Source of the DNA: a virus
Lineage: Duplodnaviria; Heunggongvirae; Uroviricota; Caudoviricetes
DNA: 44,609 nt
Strand: one strand, 5' to 3'
Virus record (IMG/VR): IMGVR_UViG_3300045988_011059
Span: 1-44,609 of that record
This document shows positions 43,824-44,609 of this stretch, piece after piece; within the stretch, counting starts at the first letter, position 1, and each line of letters opens with the position of its first letter. The translations under genes were made by a program, and so were the position numbers. The notes beneath the pieces are model-generated. The model made no database searches, was not told the origin of the DNA, and saw only the letters and a list, made by a program, of their open reading frames with translations.

Positions 43824-44286
43824 TGGACTGCATTTCACCGCTGCGTTCGAGGGATTCCGCGGAACTGCGTATCGTGCTACACCAAACGAGAAGTACCTTA
43901 CTATCGGATATGGAAGCTATGGCCCTCATGTTAAGGCAGGACAGACCATCACCCCCGGACAAGGCCTCCTGTTACTGAATCGCGATATGGCTAAGGCCGT
44001 AGCTGCGGTTGACGCCGCAGCGCACCATTCCCTTACACAGGCACAGTTCGACGCAGTGTGTGACCTGGTGTATAACGCCGGTGCTGGCGTGATTGCCGCT
44101 ACCACTGGTACGGGTAAAGCGCTGCGTTCCGGGGATATTGCGACGCTGCGGGCTAAGCTGGCGCTGTTCATTAACCAGAACGGCAAACCATTACTAGGCC
44201 TGCGTCGCCGTACTGCCGGACGTCTGGCACTGTTCGACGGTAAACCGTGGCAGGAGGCTGAGGCTATTGGACGCGCGGTGAAATGA
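43801..44286 (+). CDS. Endolysin, GH24 lysozyme
   Basis: AAFEGFRGTAY catalytic Glu context and TIGYG motif as in lambda R / P22 gp19 / T4 e; GTG 43801 with GGAGGA RBS. Confidence 0.85.
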   Translation: MSRNISDNGLHFTAAFEGFRGTAYRATPNEKYLTIGYGSYGPHVKAGQTITPGQGLLLLNRDMAKAVAAVDAAAHHSLTQAQFDAVCDLVYNAGAGVIAATTGTGKALRSGDIATLRAKLALFINQNGKPLLGLRRRTAGRLALFDGKPWQEAEAIGRAVK

Positions 44287-44499
44287 TGGACGAATCCGAA
44301 GGCATTTAGTATTCTGGTTAGGCCAAGTTTTTCGTATTTGCTAATGGAGACCATTATGGCACTGCAAGAGTTCACCAGCCCAGTTAAATCTCGTGACGAT
44401 ATTGACGAGTCTATTGGTTACGGCGAAGGTTGACACCTAAGGCCAATCCTACGATACTTAAATCACCTCCTGCTCCATCCCTCTGCTCTCCAGTTTTAT

Positions 44500-44529
44500 C
44501 CCGGCCCTGACCCAGCCGGGATTTTTTTT
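44500..44529 (+). terminator. Rho-independent terminator abutting the terminal repeat
   Basis: CCCGGC-CCTGACCCA-GCCGGG hairpin followed by ATTTTTTTTA, which is the start of the 89-bp repeat. Confidence 0.7.
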
Positions 44530-44609
44530 ATCTATTTTCTGTAATGACTAGTTGACTATTACCTACGACCATATTATATCTACTCCATCGACAACGAGAA
44601 CGGAGTAGA
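44521..44609. repeat. Second copy of the 89-bp terminal repeat
   Basis: Identical to 1..89. Confidence 0.95.

Noticed and set aside
1-44609. Integrase, transposase, CRISPR array or tRNA genes (signs of a prophage or mobile element)
   Set aside because: No tyrosine or serine recombinase-like ORF, no repeat-spacer array and no tRNA-like structure was found; the window looks like a free, complete phage genome rather than an integrated element

Overview
The window reads as a complete, gene-dense tailed-phage genome of about 44.5 kb: the first 89 bp are repeated exactly at the end (1..89 = 44521..44609), so it is either circularly assembled or has short direct terminal repeats. All calls rest on motif reading and gene order by eye; no database search was possible. 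Layout: a rightward chain of tiny translationally coupled genes (94..2163); terminase small and large subunits; portal; head morphogenesis protein; an embedded Rz/Rz1 spanin pair; scaffold; major capsid; head-tail joining and tail genes (major tail, chaperones with a candidate -1 frameshift, tape measure, tail tip, tailspike) up to 26735. A leftward replication block (38793 down to 26764) carries a primase-helicase, a PD-(D/E)XK exonuclease with a Cys4 cluster, an SSB-like protein, family A DNA polymerase, a VRR-NUC nuclease, a compact C5-methyltransferase-like protein and an SNF2 helicase. A second rightward block of small accessory genes (39293..43190) ends in a holin / holin-like / GH24 endolysin cassette. 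No integrase, tRNA or CRISPR array was seen. The most interesting candidates are (1) a five-gene opposite-strand cassette inside the tail module (13987..16785: secreted protein, HTH-metallophosphoesterase, T4 Pnk-like HAD phosphatase, P-loop kinase) driven by a copy of an early promoter, and (2) an HslV-like Ntn-hydrolase (42750..43190) just upstream of the lysis genes. A conserved promoter/operator family built around ACTATTC/GAATAGT half-sites recurs at eight intergenic sites, next to a lone XRE-type regulator.
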